From positions 448,001 through 512,000 of the forward strand of contig CBDBGH010000003.1 in NCBI GenBank assembly GCA_965205265.1: 64,000 bases of DNA, written 5' to 3'. Numbering within the stretch: position 1 is the first letter of the stretch; every line of letters begins with the position of its first letter. Under the pieces are notes generated by a model. That model was not told the DNA's origin. It saw only the letters and a program-made list of their open reading frames with translations, and searched no databases. The position numbers were made by a program, and so were the translations under genes. Positions 32,365 to 42,166 of the stretch are shown in pieces. This stretch comes from Alphaproteobacteria bacterium (lineage in GTDB: Bacteria; Pseudomonadota; Alphaproteobacteria; Bin95).

Positions 32365-33770
32365 GCCTGACAGACCTCACGCTTGCCCAGGCGGCGGAAG
32401 GCGTCGTCCGGGGCGACTTCACGGCGGTGGAGCTTGCCGAGGCCGCGCTCGCCCGCATCGAGGCGGTCAACCCGAAGCTAAACGCCTTTGTGCGCGTCGA
32501 GGAGGAGACCGCCCGCGAAGGCGCGGCGGCCGTGGATGCGAAACGCGCCCGGGGCGAGACGCTCGGGCCGCTCGCCGGCGCGCCGCTCGCCCACAAGGAC
32601 ATGTATTACCGTGCGGGCGGGCTCACGACCTGCGGCAGCAAAATCCGCCGGGATTTCCGCCCCGACGTGACCTCGACGGCGCTGGCGCGGCTGACGGAAG
32701 CCGGCGCGACTTATCTGGGCGGGCTCAACATGGCGGAGTTCGCCATGGGGCCCACCGGCCACAACGAGCATTTCGGCCCCTGCCGCAACCCGTGGGATAC
32801 GGACCGGATCACCGGCGGGTCGTCCTCCGGCTCCGGGTCGGCGACGGCGGGCCGGCTCTGCTACGGCGCGCTCGGCTCCGACACCGGCGGCTCGATCCGC
32901 CTGCCCGCCGGCCTCTGCAACCTTGCCGGCATGAAGGCGACCCAGACGCGGGTGAGCCGCTTCGGCGTGATGGGCCTCTCCTTCTCGCTCGACAATGTGG
33001 GCCCGCTCACCCGCACTGTGCTCGACAACGCGCTGATGCTGGCGGCGATCGCCGGGCGCGACCCGCTGGACCCGACCTCGGCGGAGATGCCGGCTGCGGA
33101 CTATGCCGCCGCCGCCCGCGCGCCCGCGGCCTCGGGCGTGCGGGTCGGCGTCGCGCGGGGCTTCTTCGAGGAGGATGCGGACGAGCCGGCGCTCGCGGCC
33201 CGCGACAAGGCGCTCGCCGCGCTGGTCTCGGCGGGCGCGGAGCTTGTCGAGGTCGATGTCGGCGACATGGCGCGCATCAACGACCTGTCGGCGCCGCTCA
33301 CCGCCTGCGAGGCGGCGACGCTGCACGCGCACTGGCTGAGGGAGCGGCGGGAGGATTACGGCGCGCAGATGCGCGCGCGTTGCGAGATGGGCTTGCGCTT
33401 CAGCGCGGTCGATTACCTGTCCGCCGTGCAGCTCCGCCCCCGGATCGTGACGGAGTTCGTGGAGCGCGTGTTCCGGGTCTGCGACGTGCTGCTGGCGCCG
33501 ACCTTCAATGTCGCCACACCCACCATCGAGGAGACCGATGTCGGGGCGTCGCAGGGGTTCGAGGCGGTGATCTCGCGCATCTCGCGCTGCACGCGGCCGT
33601 TCAACTACCTCACGCTTCCGAGCCTCGCGCTGCCGACGCCGGACGCCGTGCTCGGCATGCCGGGCTCGATCCAGCTTGTCGGCCGCCCGTTCGGGGAAGC
33701 TGCGCTCTACAGCCTCGGCGCGGCCTATGAGCGGGAGACGGGCTTCCCCGCCCGCAGCCCCGACCTGTAG
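32361..33770 (+). CDS. Amidase signature family enzyme (GatA/AtzE-like)
   Basis: HKD, GGSSSGSG, GSDTGGSIR (Ser-cisSer-Lys triad). Confidence 0.93.
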   Translation: MSLTDLTLAQAAEGVVRGDFTAVELAEAALARIEAVNPKLNAFVRVEEETAREGAAAVDAKRARGETLGPLAGAPLAHKDMYYRAGGLTTCGSKIRRDFRPDVTSTALARLTEAGATYLGGLNMAEFAMGPTGHNEHFGPCRNPWDTDRITGGSSSGSGSATAGRLCYGALGSDTGGSIRLPAGLCNLAGMKATQTRVSRFGVMGLSFSLDNVGPLTRTVLDNALMLAAIAGRDPLDPTSAEMPAADYAAAARAPAASGVRVGVARGFFEEDADEPALAARDKALAALVSAGAELVEVDVGDMARINDLSAPLTACEAATLHAHWLRERREDYGAQMRARCEMGLRFSAVDYLSAVQLRPRIVTEFVERVFRVCDVLLAPTFNVATPTIEETDVGASQGFEAVISRISRCTRPFNYLTLPSLALPTPDAVLGMPGSIQLVGRPFGEAALYSLGAAYERETGFPARSPDL

Positions 33771-33959
33771 AGCGCAAAGCCGGGGCGGGCTTGCATCGGG
33801 CGGGGACGGGGCATACCGTTGCCGCCCGACGGTCCGCTGCCGGTGCAGCGCGGGGCGGGAGCCCGCTCGGAACGGCTGTTGCGGGGCGTTTCAGCCGATA
33901 TTCCAGCGCGTCGAGACCGGCATCCGTCGGACGGCAGGCAACCTTCGGGGAGGCCGACA

Positions 33960-34835
33960 ATGGACGATGCGGCAATCCAGGGAAACGGGGCGGCACCGGA
34001 CCAGGAGGCCGCCGCGCCATCCGTCACAAGCGTCTTTCGCGAAGGCGTCTATCCCTATGCGGACCGGATGCCGAGGGCCGAATATGAGCGGCTCAAGGCG
34101 GCGCTCCAGGTCGAACTGCTGAAGGCGCAGCACTGGGTCAAGGAGGCCGGCGCCAAGGTCATCGTGCTGTTCGAGGGGCGCGACGCCGCCGGCAAGGGCG
34201 GCACGATCAAACGCTTCATGGAGCATCTGAACCCGCGCGGCGCGCGTGTCGTGGCGCTGGAGAAGCCGAGCGAGCGCGAGCAGAGCCAGTGGTTCTTCCA
34301 GCGCTATATCCAGCACCTGCCGGCGGCGGGCGAGATCGTGATGTTCGACCGGTCCTGGTACAACCGCGCCGGCGTCGAGCGCGTGATGGGCTTCTGCTCC
34401 GGCGCGGAATATCTGGAGTTCATGCGCCAGTGCCCGGAGCTGGAGCGAATGCTGGTCCGCAGCGGCATCCACCTGTTCAAATACTGGTTCTCGGTTTCGC
34501 AGGACGAGCAGGCGAGCCGCTTCGACAGCCGGCTGACCGACCCGTTGAAGCAGTGGAAGATCTCGCCCATCGACCTCGCGTCGCTGGACAAGTGGGAGGC
34601 CTACACTCAGGCCAAGGAGGCGATGTTCTTCTACACCGACACGGCCGATGCGCCCTGGACCGTTATCAAGTCCGACGACAAGAAGCGCGCCCGCCTCGGC
34701 TGCATGCAGCATTTCCTGTCCAGCCTGCCCTATCCGGACCGCGACCCGGAGGTGGTCGCGGGACCCGACCCGCTGGTCGTCGGCCCGGCCGAGCATGTCG
34801 TGGACCGCAGCGAGCCGATGGGGTCGGGCGCCTGA
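33960..34835 (+). CDS. ppk2: Polyphosphate kinase 2
   Basis: FEGRDAAGKGG, FDRSWYNR, PLKQWKISP. Confidence 0.96.
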   Translation: MDDAAIQGNGAAPDQEAAAPSVTSVFREGVYPYADRMPRAEYERLKAALQVELLKAQHWVKEAGAKVIVLFEGRDAAGKGGTIKRFMEHLNPRGARVVALEKPSEREQSQWFFQRYIQHLPAAGEIVMFDRSWYNRAGVERVMGFCSGAEYLEFMRQCPELERMLVRSGIHLFKYWFSVSQDEQASRFDSRLTDPLKQWKISPIDLASLDKWEAYTQAKEAMFFYTDTADAPWTVIKSDDKKRARLGCMQHFLSSLPYPDRDPEVVAGPDPLVVGPAEHVVDRSEPMGSGA

Positions 34836-34845
34836 CGGGTAAGCC

Positions 34846-35376
34846 TTGAGACGCCGGAAGCCGGGGGTCTGGGACCGGGCGCGACTGCGGCGCGCGGCGC
34901 TCGCCTATCTCTCCCGCTATGCCGCGCCCTCGGCGCATGTCCGGCGCCTGTTGCGGCGCCGGCTGGAACGGGGCGCGGCGCACGGGGCGGAGATTCGCGC
35001 AGGCGACGAGGATATCGACGCGGTGCTCGCCGACCTCGTCCGCCTGGGCCTGATCGACGACCGCGCCTGGGCGGAGGCGCAGGCCAGGGCGCTGCGCCGT
35101 CGGGGGGCTTCGGCGCGCGGGCTCGCGGCGCGGCTTTCGTCGAAGGGCGCCCCGCGGGAGGAGATCGAGCGGCTGCTCGCCCGGGAAGACGATGCGGCGG
35201 AACTGGAGGCCGCGAAGGCGCTGGCGCGGCGCAGGCGGCTCGGGCCGTGGCGCCACCCGGCCGAGCGCGCGGCGCGGCGGGAGAAGGACCTGGCCGCGAT
35301 GGCGCGGGCCGGGTTCCGGCTGGACGCGGCGCGGCAGGTCATCGACGCGGACGGGCCGCGGGAAGCGGATCAGTAG
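34846..35376 (+). CDS. recX: Regulatory protein RecX
   Basis: AALAYLSRY, GLIDDRAWAE, MARAGF. Confidence 0.82.
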   Translation: MRRRKPGVWDRARLRRAALAYLSRYAAPSAHVRRLLRRRLERGAAHGAEIRAGDEDIDAVLADLVRLGLIDDRAWAEAQARALRRRGASARGLAARLSSKGAPREEIERLLAREDDAAELEAAKALARRRRLGPWRHPAERAARREKDLAAMARAGFRLDAARQVIDADGPREADQ

Positions 35377-36242
35377 GGGACGGTGCCCTTCACGACCGTG
35401 CGGTGCAGCACCCGGCGTTCGTTCTCCATGTCGAAATTGGCGACCGCGCGGTGCAGCAGGCAGCGATTGTCCCAGAGCACGAGGTCGCCTTTCTGCCATT
35501 GGTGGGTGTAGATGAAGTCGGCCTTGGTCGCGCGGCGCAGCAGCCGGTTCAGGAAGGCGTGGCCCTCCTCCTTCGGCATGCCTTCGATATGGCTCGTGTG
35601 GATGCCGAGATAGAGCGCTTTGCGCCCGGTGACGGGATGGGAGCGCACCACCGGGTGGCGCACGGGCGGGCGCTCGCGCTTCTGGATTTCGGTGGCCGGC
35701 GACTGCCTGGTGTTGCGCCGGTTGGCCTCCCAGCTGTGGATGGCGCAGAGGTCCGACACTTCCTCCTGCGTCTCCCGGTCGAGCGAGTCCCAGGCCATGT
35801 GCATGTTGGCGAACTGGGTGTCGCCGCCCTGCGCCGGCGTCTCGACCGCGTGCAGCATGGTCAGCAGCGACGGCACAGCATGGTAGGACTTGTCCGTGTG
35901 CCAGAAATAGTTGCCGCCCGAGATGCGGACCGGGTTGCCGTCCTCGTCGAGATTGTGGACGACATGAAGCAGCGGGTATTTCTCGCCGTTCGGCAGCCGC
36001 CCGACATGCTCCTCGATCTCGCCGAAACGCCGCGTGAAGGCAAGCTGCGCCTCGCCCGGCAGGTCCTGGTCGCGGAACACGAGGATGTGGTGCTCCAGGA
36101 AGGCGTCCATGATGGCGTCGAAGACCTCGTCGCCGAAGGGCGCGGCCAGGTCAATGCCGCGGATTTCGACGCCGCCTACCGGCGACAGCGGCGTCATCGC
36201 GAAGGGCGGCGGGGACGCGATCTCGCGGGCGGGCGCGGCCAT
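35370..36242 (-). CDS. TauD/TfdA family dioxygenase
   Basis: WHTDKSY, GGDTQF, WDNRCLLHR. Confidence 0.93.
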   Translation of the reverse strand: MAAPAREIASPPPFAMTPLSPVGGVEIRGIDLAAPFGDEVFDAIMDAFLEHHILVFRDQDLPGEAQLAFTRRFGEIEEHVGRLPNGEKYPLLHVVHNLDEDGNPVRISGGNYFWHTDKSYHAVPSLLTMLHAVETPAQGGDTQFANMHMAWDSLDRETQEEVSDLCAIHSWEANRRNTRQSPATEIQKRERPPVRHPVVRSHPVTGRKALYLGIHTSHIEGMPKEEGHAFLNRLLRRATKADFIYTHQWQKGDLVLWDNRCLLHRAVANFDMENERRVLHRTVVKGTVPY

Positions 36243-36359
36243 GGCGTCGGGCTCCTGCTGACGGTGCTTTGCCGGCAAGCCTAGCCCGGAACTCTCGCCA
36301 TTGTCACGGCCGAGGCGCTATGCTGCCCGGCGCACGCGCTCTGTGAAGGACCGACCGGC

Positions 36360-37670
36360 ATGAAATTCGGACTGCTTTACGAACACCAGCTGCCGCGAAG
36401 CTGGGAGGAGAAGTCGGACTACGACCTGCTGCACGAGGCCATCGAGCAGGTGGAGCTCGCCGACCGGCTGGGCTTCGACTATGTGTGGGAGAACGAGCAC
36501 CACTTCCTGGAGGAGTATTCGCACTCCTCCGCGCCGGAAGTCTTCCTCGCCGCCTGCGCGCGCAACACGAAGCGGATCAGGCTGGGACACGCCGTCGTGC
36601 TTTCCCCGCCGCCCTACAACCACCCGGCCCGCGTCGCCGAGCGCATCGCCACGCTCGACCTCATCAGCCACGGCCGGGTGGACTGGGGCACGGGCGAGAG
36701 CGCCTCGCGCATGGAGATGGAAGGCTTCGGCGTGCCGATGGAAGACAAGAAGGCGATGTGGTTCGAGGCGACCGAGCAGTCCGCCAACATGCTGACCATG
36801 GAGCCCTATCCGGGCTTCGAGGGGCAGTTCTTCTCCATGCCCTGCCGCAATGTGCTGCCGAAGCCCTACCAGAAGCCGCATCCGCCGCTCTGGGTCGCCT
36901 GCTCGCGCATGGAAACGATCCACGCCGCGGCCAGGGCCGGCATCGGCGCGCTCACCTTCGCCTTCGTCAACCCCGAGGTGGCGCGGCAGTGGGTCGAGGA
37001 ATACTACGCCATCATCAGGTCCGAGGAATGCGTGCCCATCGGCCATGCCGTCAACGCCAATATCGCCATGTGCACCGGCTTTTCGGTCCACCGCGACGCG
37101 GAGGAGGCCAAGCGGCGCGGGGCGGACGGCTTCCGCTATTTCGGCTACTCGCTCGGCCACTACTATGTCTTCGGCGAGCACAAGCCGGGCGTGACCGGGG
37201 TCTGGGAGCGCTTCGAGGAGGCGCGCGCGCATATGGACGATGTCGGCAAGGGCAGCGGCATCGGCACGCCGGAGGAGGTGCGCGAGCATCTGCAGGAGTT
37301 CGCGGATGCGGGCGTGGACCAGGTGATCTTCATCCAGCAGGGCGGCAAGAACGAGCACACCCATATCTGCGAGGCGATGGAGTTGTTCTCGGCCGAGGTC
37401 ATGCCGCATTTCAAGGCAGGCGAGGCCGAACGCGAGGCGCGGAAGGCCGAGGAGCTCGCGCCCTATATCGAGGCGGCGCTGGCGCGCAAGCCGCGCATGG
37501 AGCCGCTGGCGGAGACCGACATTCCGCCGGTCGGCGCCTTCGGGCGCAACATCGTCCAGACCGACCAGGACCCGGACGCCCGCTCCACCCACCACGCCGC
37601 CGCCGACATCACCGTGCCCGCCGCCGACCCGATGGCGAGGGAGGAAGCGGCGGCCGCCGGGGAGGACTGA
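36360..37670 (+). CDS. LLM class flavin-dependent oxidoreductase
   Basis: MKFGLLYEHQLP, EHHFLEEYSH, PKPYQKPHPP. Confidence 0.92.
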   Translation: MKFGLLYEHQLPRSWEEKSDYDLLHEAIEQVELADRLGFDYVWENEHHFLEEYSHSSAPEVFLAACARNTKRIRLGHAVVLSPPPYNHPARVAERIATLDLISHGRVDWGTGESASRMEMEGFGVPMEDKKAMWFEATEQSANMLTMEPYPGFEGQFFSMPCRNVLPKPYQKPHPPLWVACSRMETIHAAARAGIGALTFAFVNPEVARQWVEEYYAIIRSEECVPIGHAVNANIAMCTGFSVHRDAEEAKRRGADGFRYFGYSLGHYYVFGEHKPGVTGVWERFEEARAHMDDVGKGSGIGTPEEVREHLQEFADAGVDQVIFIQQGGKNEHTHICEAMELFSAEVMPHFKAGEAEREARKAEELAPYIEAALARKPRMEPLAETDIPPVGAFGRNIVQTDQDPDARSTHHAAADITVPAADPMAREEAAAAGED

Positions 37671-38032
37671 TGCAGGGCAGCGACATACTGCCCGCAAACG
37701 GCAGCGGGGAGAGCGGCGGCAATGCGAAGGTCGTCTATATCCTCTACCTCGCCGCCATCGTCATCGGGCTGCTGGCGCTGATCGGCGTCATCATCGCCTA
37801 TGTCAGCCGCAACGACAGCGGCGGCTGGGTGGGCGACCACTACCGCTTCCAGATACGCACGTTCTGGATCGGCCTGCTCTATTCGGCCGTCGGCGCCGTC
37901 TCGACGGTCTTCCTGGTCGGCTGGCTGATGCTGCTGGCGACGCTCGTCTGGTGGATCGTCCGCTGCGTCAAGGGCCTCCAATGCGTGTCCCGCTCCGAGC
38001 CTTATCCGAACATAGAGACCTGGATGTGGTGA
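37670..38032 (+). CDS. Small membrane protein (DUF4870-like)
   Basis: VVYILYL, HYRFQIRTFW, RCVKG; TGATG overlap with the upstream LLM gene. Confidence 0.8.
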   Translation: MQGSDILPANGSGESGGNAKVVYILYLAAIVIGLLALIGVIIAYVSRNDSGGWVGDHYRFQIRTFWIGLLYSAVGAVSTVFLVGWLMLLATLVWWIVRCVKGLQCVSRSEPYPNIETWMW

Positions 38033-38046
38033 GGCGGCGCGACTGC

Positions 38047-38364
38047 TCAGCCTGCACCGGCCTGCTTTGCGTCCATGTAGCTGCGAAGCACGGCGTTCAT
38101 TCTGGTCTGGTATCCGCGCCCCTGCGATTTGAAGAAGGCCAGCACGTCGTCGTCCACGCGAATTGACACGAGCGTTTTGCGCGGCGGAACGACCAATTTG
38201 GCCTTCGACCAGTCGATCGCGGAGGGATCGCTTTCGTCCGCGTCGATTTCCGGCTCCAGGCCTGCGGCCTGCTCGCGGCGCAGATGCTCCCAATCCGTCT
38301 TGCTGTCTTTCTGAAGGGCACGCGCCTCCTCAAGCGAGACTCTGGTAATACGCTCTTTGCTCAT
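38047..38364 (-). CDS. brnA: BrnA family antitoxin
   Basis: SIRVDDDVLAFFKSQGRGYQTRMNAVLR. Confidence 0.9.
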   Translation of the reverse strand: MSKERITRVSLEEARALQKDSKTDWEHLRREQAAGLEPEIDADESDPSAIDWSKAKLVVPPRKTLVSIRVDDDVLAFFKSQGRGYQTRMNAVLRSYMDAKQAGAG

Positions 38365-38599
38365 TGTTCCGGGCCCTTCTTGCAGTGATTATCCTGTAGG
38401 CATCGTCCCGGACGGTGTAGATGACGGCGAGCGCCACTCCATTGAGAACACCGAGAACGATCCAGCGCGCTTCGCCCTCGCGGGACGATACGGCCCGCAG
38501 GAATGGCGCATCGAAGAACTCGACAGCATCGCGGAAGTCGATGCGATGTTTCCTGACGGTTGCCTCGCGCTTGTCTTCGTCCCACTCGAAGCGCGGCAT
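38330..38599 (-). CDS. brnT: BrnT family toxin
   Basis: FEWDEDK, KHRIDF, RIITARRA; alternative ATG about 33 nt further upstream. Confidence 0.9.
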   Translation of the reverse strand: MPRFEWDEDKREATVRKHRIDFRDAVEFFDAPFLRAVSSREGEARWIVLGVLNGVALAVIYTVRDDAYRIITARRARNNEQRAYYQSLA

Positions 38600-38667
38600 G
38601 GACGCGAGTTCGACTCGCTCGAAGTCGGGCATGGCGCGCGCCGCGTTTGCCGGGCTGGGTGTAAGAA

Positions 38668-38701
38668 CAATTATATATACAGAATAGCCTTGGCATGTCA
38701 A
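38668..38701 (-). promoter_or_regulatory. Putative brnTA promoter/operator
   Basis: TTGACA followed by an AT-rich TGTATATATAAT near-palindrome. Confidence 0.45.
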
Positions 38702-38826
38702 CGCAGGAAGCGCTGCGCGTCCTTCCCGTCCCGCCGGTCCGACAGCGCCGCGCAGACCATGACATCTGTGAGAAATCCGGGCTAAGCTCGGCCGGCGAAG
38801 GTATGGACGGCAGAAGGAGCAGGCCC

Positions 38827-40524
38827 ATGAGCTACGATCTCGTCATCAGGAACGGCACCGTCGTGGACGGCTCGGGGCTTGCGCGCTACCGGGCGGATGT
38901 GGGGGTGAAGGACGGGCGGATTGTGCGGATCGGGCGCATCGCCGCCCCGGCGGACGAGACCGTGGACGCCGAGGGCCATGTGGTCGCGCCCGGCTTCGTG
39001 GACGGCCACACCCACATGGACGCGCAGCTCTTCTGGGATGAGCTCGGCTCCTGCTCCTGCTACCACGGCGTCACCACGGCGGTGATGGGCAATTGCGGCT
39101 TCACGCTCGCCCCCTGCCGCGAGGCCGAGGCCGACCTCGTGTTCCGCAACCTGGAGCGCGCGGAGGACATCGACCGGAACGCCATGCTGACCGGCATCGA
39201 CTGGAGCTGGGAAACCTTCCCGGAGTTCATGAAGGCCGTGGACGCCGCGCCCAAGGGCATCAACTATGCCGGCTATATCGGCCATGCCGCGCTGCGCACC
39301 TATGTCATGGGCGAGCGCGCCTTCGAGGAGGAAGCCGGCGAGGACGACCTGAAGGCGATGGAGGCGCATGTGCGGGACGCGGTGCGCGCGGGCGCGCTCG
39401 GCTTCTCGACGTCGCGCAGCCCGAGCCACCTCACCTCCGACGACCGCCCGGTGGCGAGCCGCGTGGCGGCCTTCTCCGAGGTGCAGCATCTGGTGCGCGC
39501 CATGGGCGATGAGGGCGCCGGCATCTTCCAGCTCGCCATGGAGCGCGGCGGCGACAACGAGATGATGGCCTTCTACCGGAGCCTGATCGACCTCTCCGCC
39601 GAGACCGGCCGGCCCGTGACCTTCGGCTCCCTCAGCCGCAAGGAGCGGCCCGGCCAGTGGCGCGCCTTCTACGACCTGATCTCGGAAGGCAACCGCAACG
39701 GCGCCAATGTCTTCACCCAGGTCCATGCGCGCGAGATCAACACCGTGCTCTCCTTCGAGACGAGCACGCCCTTCGACAAGCGCGAAGTCTGGCGCGAGGT
39801 CCGCGCGCTGCCGCTGGAAGAGCAGAAGCGGGCCTTCGCCGACCCGGAAATGCGCGCGCGCCTGATCGAGGTGGCGAGCCGGGAGCATGACGGCGCGGCG
39901 GTGGTCGGCGCCGAGGCCCGCCCGCCGGAATGGGACATCTTTTTCTGGATGGACCGCATCAGGCTGCCGCACCGCTCGCTTGCCGAGATCGCGGCGGAGC
40001 GCGGCGTCCACCCGGCCGAGGCGATGGTCGATATCGCGGTCGAGCACGACCTCAAGGCGTTCTTCCGCCAGCCGATCGCCAACGAGAACCTGGACGATGC
40101 ACTGGAGCTGATGCGCCACCCCTATGCCTGCACGACCTTCTCGGACTCGGGCGCGCATGTCTCGCAGATCGTCGATTGCTCGCTCCAGACCCACCTGCTG
40201 AGCCACTGGGTGCGCGAGCGCGAGGAGTTCACCCTGGAAGAGGGCGTGCGCAAGATCACCTACGACACCGCGACACGCTGGGGCTTCCACGACCGCGGCC
40301 TGCTGCGCGAGGGCCTGAAGGCGGACATCGTCGTGTTCGATCCCGACCGCGTTGCGCCGGCGATGCCGGAAGTGGTGCATGACCTGCCGGCAGGCGCGAA
40401 GCGGCTGAAGCAGTATGCCGTCGGCATGAAGGCGACGGTGGTGAACGGCGTGCCGACCCTGGTGGACAACGAGCCGACCGGGCGCCTCGCCGGCCGGCTT
40501 CTGCGCGGCCCGCTCGCCGCCTGA
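38827..40524 (+). CDS. N-acyl-D-amino-acid deacylase-like amidohydrolase
   Basis: GTVVDGSG, PGFVDGHTH, GNCG, SDSGAH, ADIVVFDP. Confidence 0.9.
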   Translation: MSYDLVIRNGTVVDGSGLARYRADVGVKDGRIVRIGRIAAPADETVDAEGHVVAPGFVDGHTHMDAQLFWDELGSCSCYHGVTTAVMGNCGFTLAPCREAEADLVFRNLERAEDIDRNAMLTGIDWSWETFPEFMKAVDAAPKGINYAGYIGHAALRTYVMGERAFEEEAGEDDLKAMEAHVRDAVRAGALGFSTSRSPSHLTSDDRPVASRVAAFSEVQHLVRAMGDEGAGIFQLAMERGGDNEMMAFYRSLIDLSAETGRPVTFGSLSRKERPGQWRAFYDLISEGNRNGANVFTQVHAREINTVLSFETSTPFDKREVWREVRALPLEEQKRAFADPEMRARLIEVASREHDGAAVVGAEARPPEWDIFFWMDRIRLPHRSLAEIAAERGVHPAEAMVDIAVEHDLKAFFRQPIANENLDDALELMRHPYACTTFSDSGAHVSQIVDCSLQTHLLSHWVREREEFTLEEGVRKITYDTATRWGFHDRGLLREGLKADIVVFDPDRVAPAMPEVVHDLPAGAKRLKQYAVGMKATVVNGVPTLVDNEPTGRLAGRLLRGPLAA

Positions 40525-41633
40525 TGCGCATAGAACCGTTCCGCGCGGCGGTCGAGGAGGCGGCGCTCGACGACCTGAAGCGCCGCCTCGCCGCCACCCG
40601 TCCGCCCGTCTGGCCGGAGGGCGGCGGCTGGGAGTTCGGCATCGAGCGCGAGACGCTGGCCGAAACGCTCGCCTACTGGCAGGACGGCTTCGACTGGCGT
40701 GCCGTCGAGGCGCGGCTCAACGCCTGGCCGCAATTCCGCACCGAAATCGACGGCATCCCGGTCCACTTCATCCACACGCGCCATGCCGACCCGGACGCGC
40801 CGGCGCTGATCCTGACGCATGGCTGGCCGGGCTCGGTGCTGGAGTTCCTGGACGCGCTGCCGGCGCTCTCGGCGCGGGCGCATGTGGTGGTCCCGCACCT
40901 GCCGGGCTACGGCTTCTCCTCGCCCACGACCCGGCCGGTCTATGCGCGCGAGGTGGCGGGGCTCTGGCGCCGGCTGATGGCGGCGCTCGGCTATGAGCGT
41001 TTCGTGGCGCAGGGCGGCGACTGGGGCTCGCTGGTCACCTGCTGGCTCGGCTACGACCATGCCGACGCCGTGCGCGCCATCCACCTCAACATGCTCATCA
41101 TGCGCCCCGATCTGGCGCGCCTCCAGGAGCCGCTCGACGAGGCGGAGAAGGCGTGGATCGGGGCCATGCGCCGCACGGTGGACCTCGAGGGCGGCTATCT
41201 GCGCATCCAGGCGACCAAGCCGCAAAGCCTCGCGGTCGGCCTTTCGGACTCGCCGGCGGGGCTCTGCGCCTGGATCCTGGAGAAGTTCTACGGCTGGCCG
41301 GACGCGGGCTCGAATCTCGACCGCGACCTCGTGCTCGGCAATATCGCGCTTTACTGGTTCACCAACACGCTCGCCAGCTCCGCCTGGATGTATGCGACGG
41401 TGCTGGACCGCAAGCACTACATGCTGCCGGCGGGCGAGCGGATCACCGTGCCGACGGGCATGGCGCATTTCCCGAACGACACCTATCCGATGGCGCCCCG
41501 GCGCTGGCTGGAGCGGATCGCGCCGGTTATGCGCTGGACCGACATGCCGCGCGGCGGCCACTTCGCCGCCATGGAGGAGCCGGCGCTGTTCGCGGAAGAA
41601 GTGCTGGCCTTTCTGGACCAACTGGACGGTTGA
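40524..41633 (+). CDS. Microsomal-type epoxide hydrolase
   Basis: EHN domain, HGWP, GGDWG, GGHFA; TGATG coupling to the amidohydrolase. Confidence 0.92.
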   Translation: MRIEPFRAAVEEAALDDLKRRLAATRPPVWPEGGGWEFGIERETLAETLAYWQDGFDWRAVEARLNAWPQFRTEIDGIPVHFIHTRHADPDAPALILTHGWPGSVLEFLDALPALSARAHVVVPHLPGYGFSSPTTRPVYAREVAGLWRRLMAALGYERFVAQGGDWGSLVTCWLGYDHADAVRAIHLNMLIMRPDLARLQEPLDEAEKAWIGAMRRTVDLEGGYLRIQATKPQSLAVGLSDSPAGLCAWILEKFYGWPDAGSNLDRDLVLGNIALYWFTNTLASSAWMYATVLDRKHYMLPAGERITVPTGMAHFPNDTYPMAPRRWLERIAPVMRWTDMPRGGHFAAMEEPALFAEEVLAFLDQLDG

Positions 41634-41651
41634 GGCGGGGGGCTCCTTCCT

Positions 41652-41908
41652 CTTCTCCCCTCCCGCTGGGCGGGGGGGGGGGGGGCGGGGGAGGGCCTCT
41701 CGGCGTGACGGGTGTCCGCCGGCCTTCGCCCGCCGCTTGCGCCGCCTGCCGGCGGCCCCCTCTCCCGGCCTCTCCCCGCAAGCGGGGAGAGAGGAAATTG
41801 CGGCGGCGGTTCCTTCCTCTTCTCCCTTTGCCTGGCCAAGGGAAGCCGCCCCGTCTTCTCCCCTCCCGCTGGGCGGGAGGGGCGGGGAGGGTCTCTCGGC
41901 GTGACGGG
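41652..41908. repeat. GC-rich palindromic repeat cluster (two direct copies around a CCTCTCCCCGCAAGCGGGGAGAG hairpin)
   Basis: CTTCTCCCCTCCCGCTGGGCGGG..GAGGG.CTCTCGGCGTGACGGG at about 41652 and 41855; first copy has a G14 run. Confidence 0.75.
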
Positions 41909-41948
41909 CCTTCGCCCCGCGCCCTGTGGATATTTTTCTTCCCGAGGG

Positions 41949-41977
41949 TTGCAATTCGGGAAAATAAGCCCTAATTT
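41949..41977 (+). promoter_or_regulatory. Putative sigma70 promoter of the HTH gene
   Basis: TTGCAA-N17-TAATTT in an AT-rich patch. Confidence 0.45.
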
Positions 41978-42166
41978 CCTGCCCATAAAGGTTTAAAAAG
42001 GGAACAGTGACCTGACGAAACGCGCCGCATTGCGGCCACGCGACGGGATTGGGGCAGTCGAACGCGCCGGGGGCGGCAGACGGGGGAGCTGCGCGCGCCG
42101 GCCGGGCAGGGGCGCGCAATGTTCCATTGGAGAAGACAGGGGGCCGGGCGCGGCCGGGGAGGGAAG

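Noticed and set aside
32361-33770. gatA
   Set aside because: No adjacent gatB, and the sequence around the signature (NMAEFAMGPTG) fits catabolic amidases better.
41985-42060. TAAAAAGGGAAC resembling a cobalamin riboswitch start, and CTGACGA resembling a hammerhead core
   Set aside because: The downstream B12-box elements (CCCGCAACTGT) and the hammerhead GAAA after stem II are missing.
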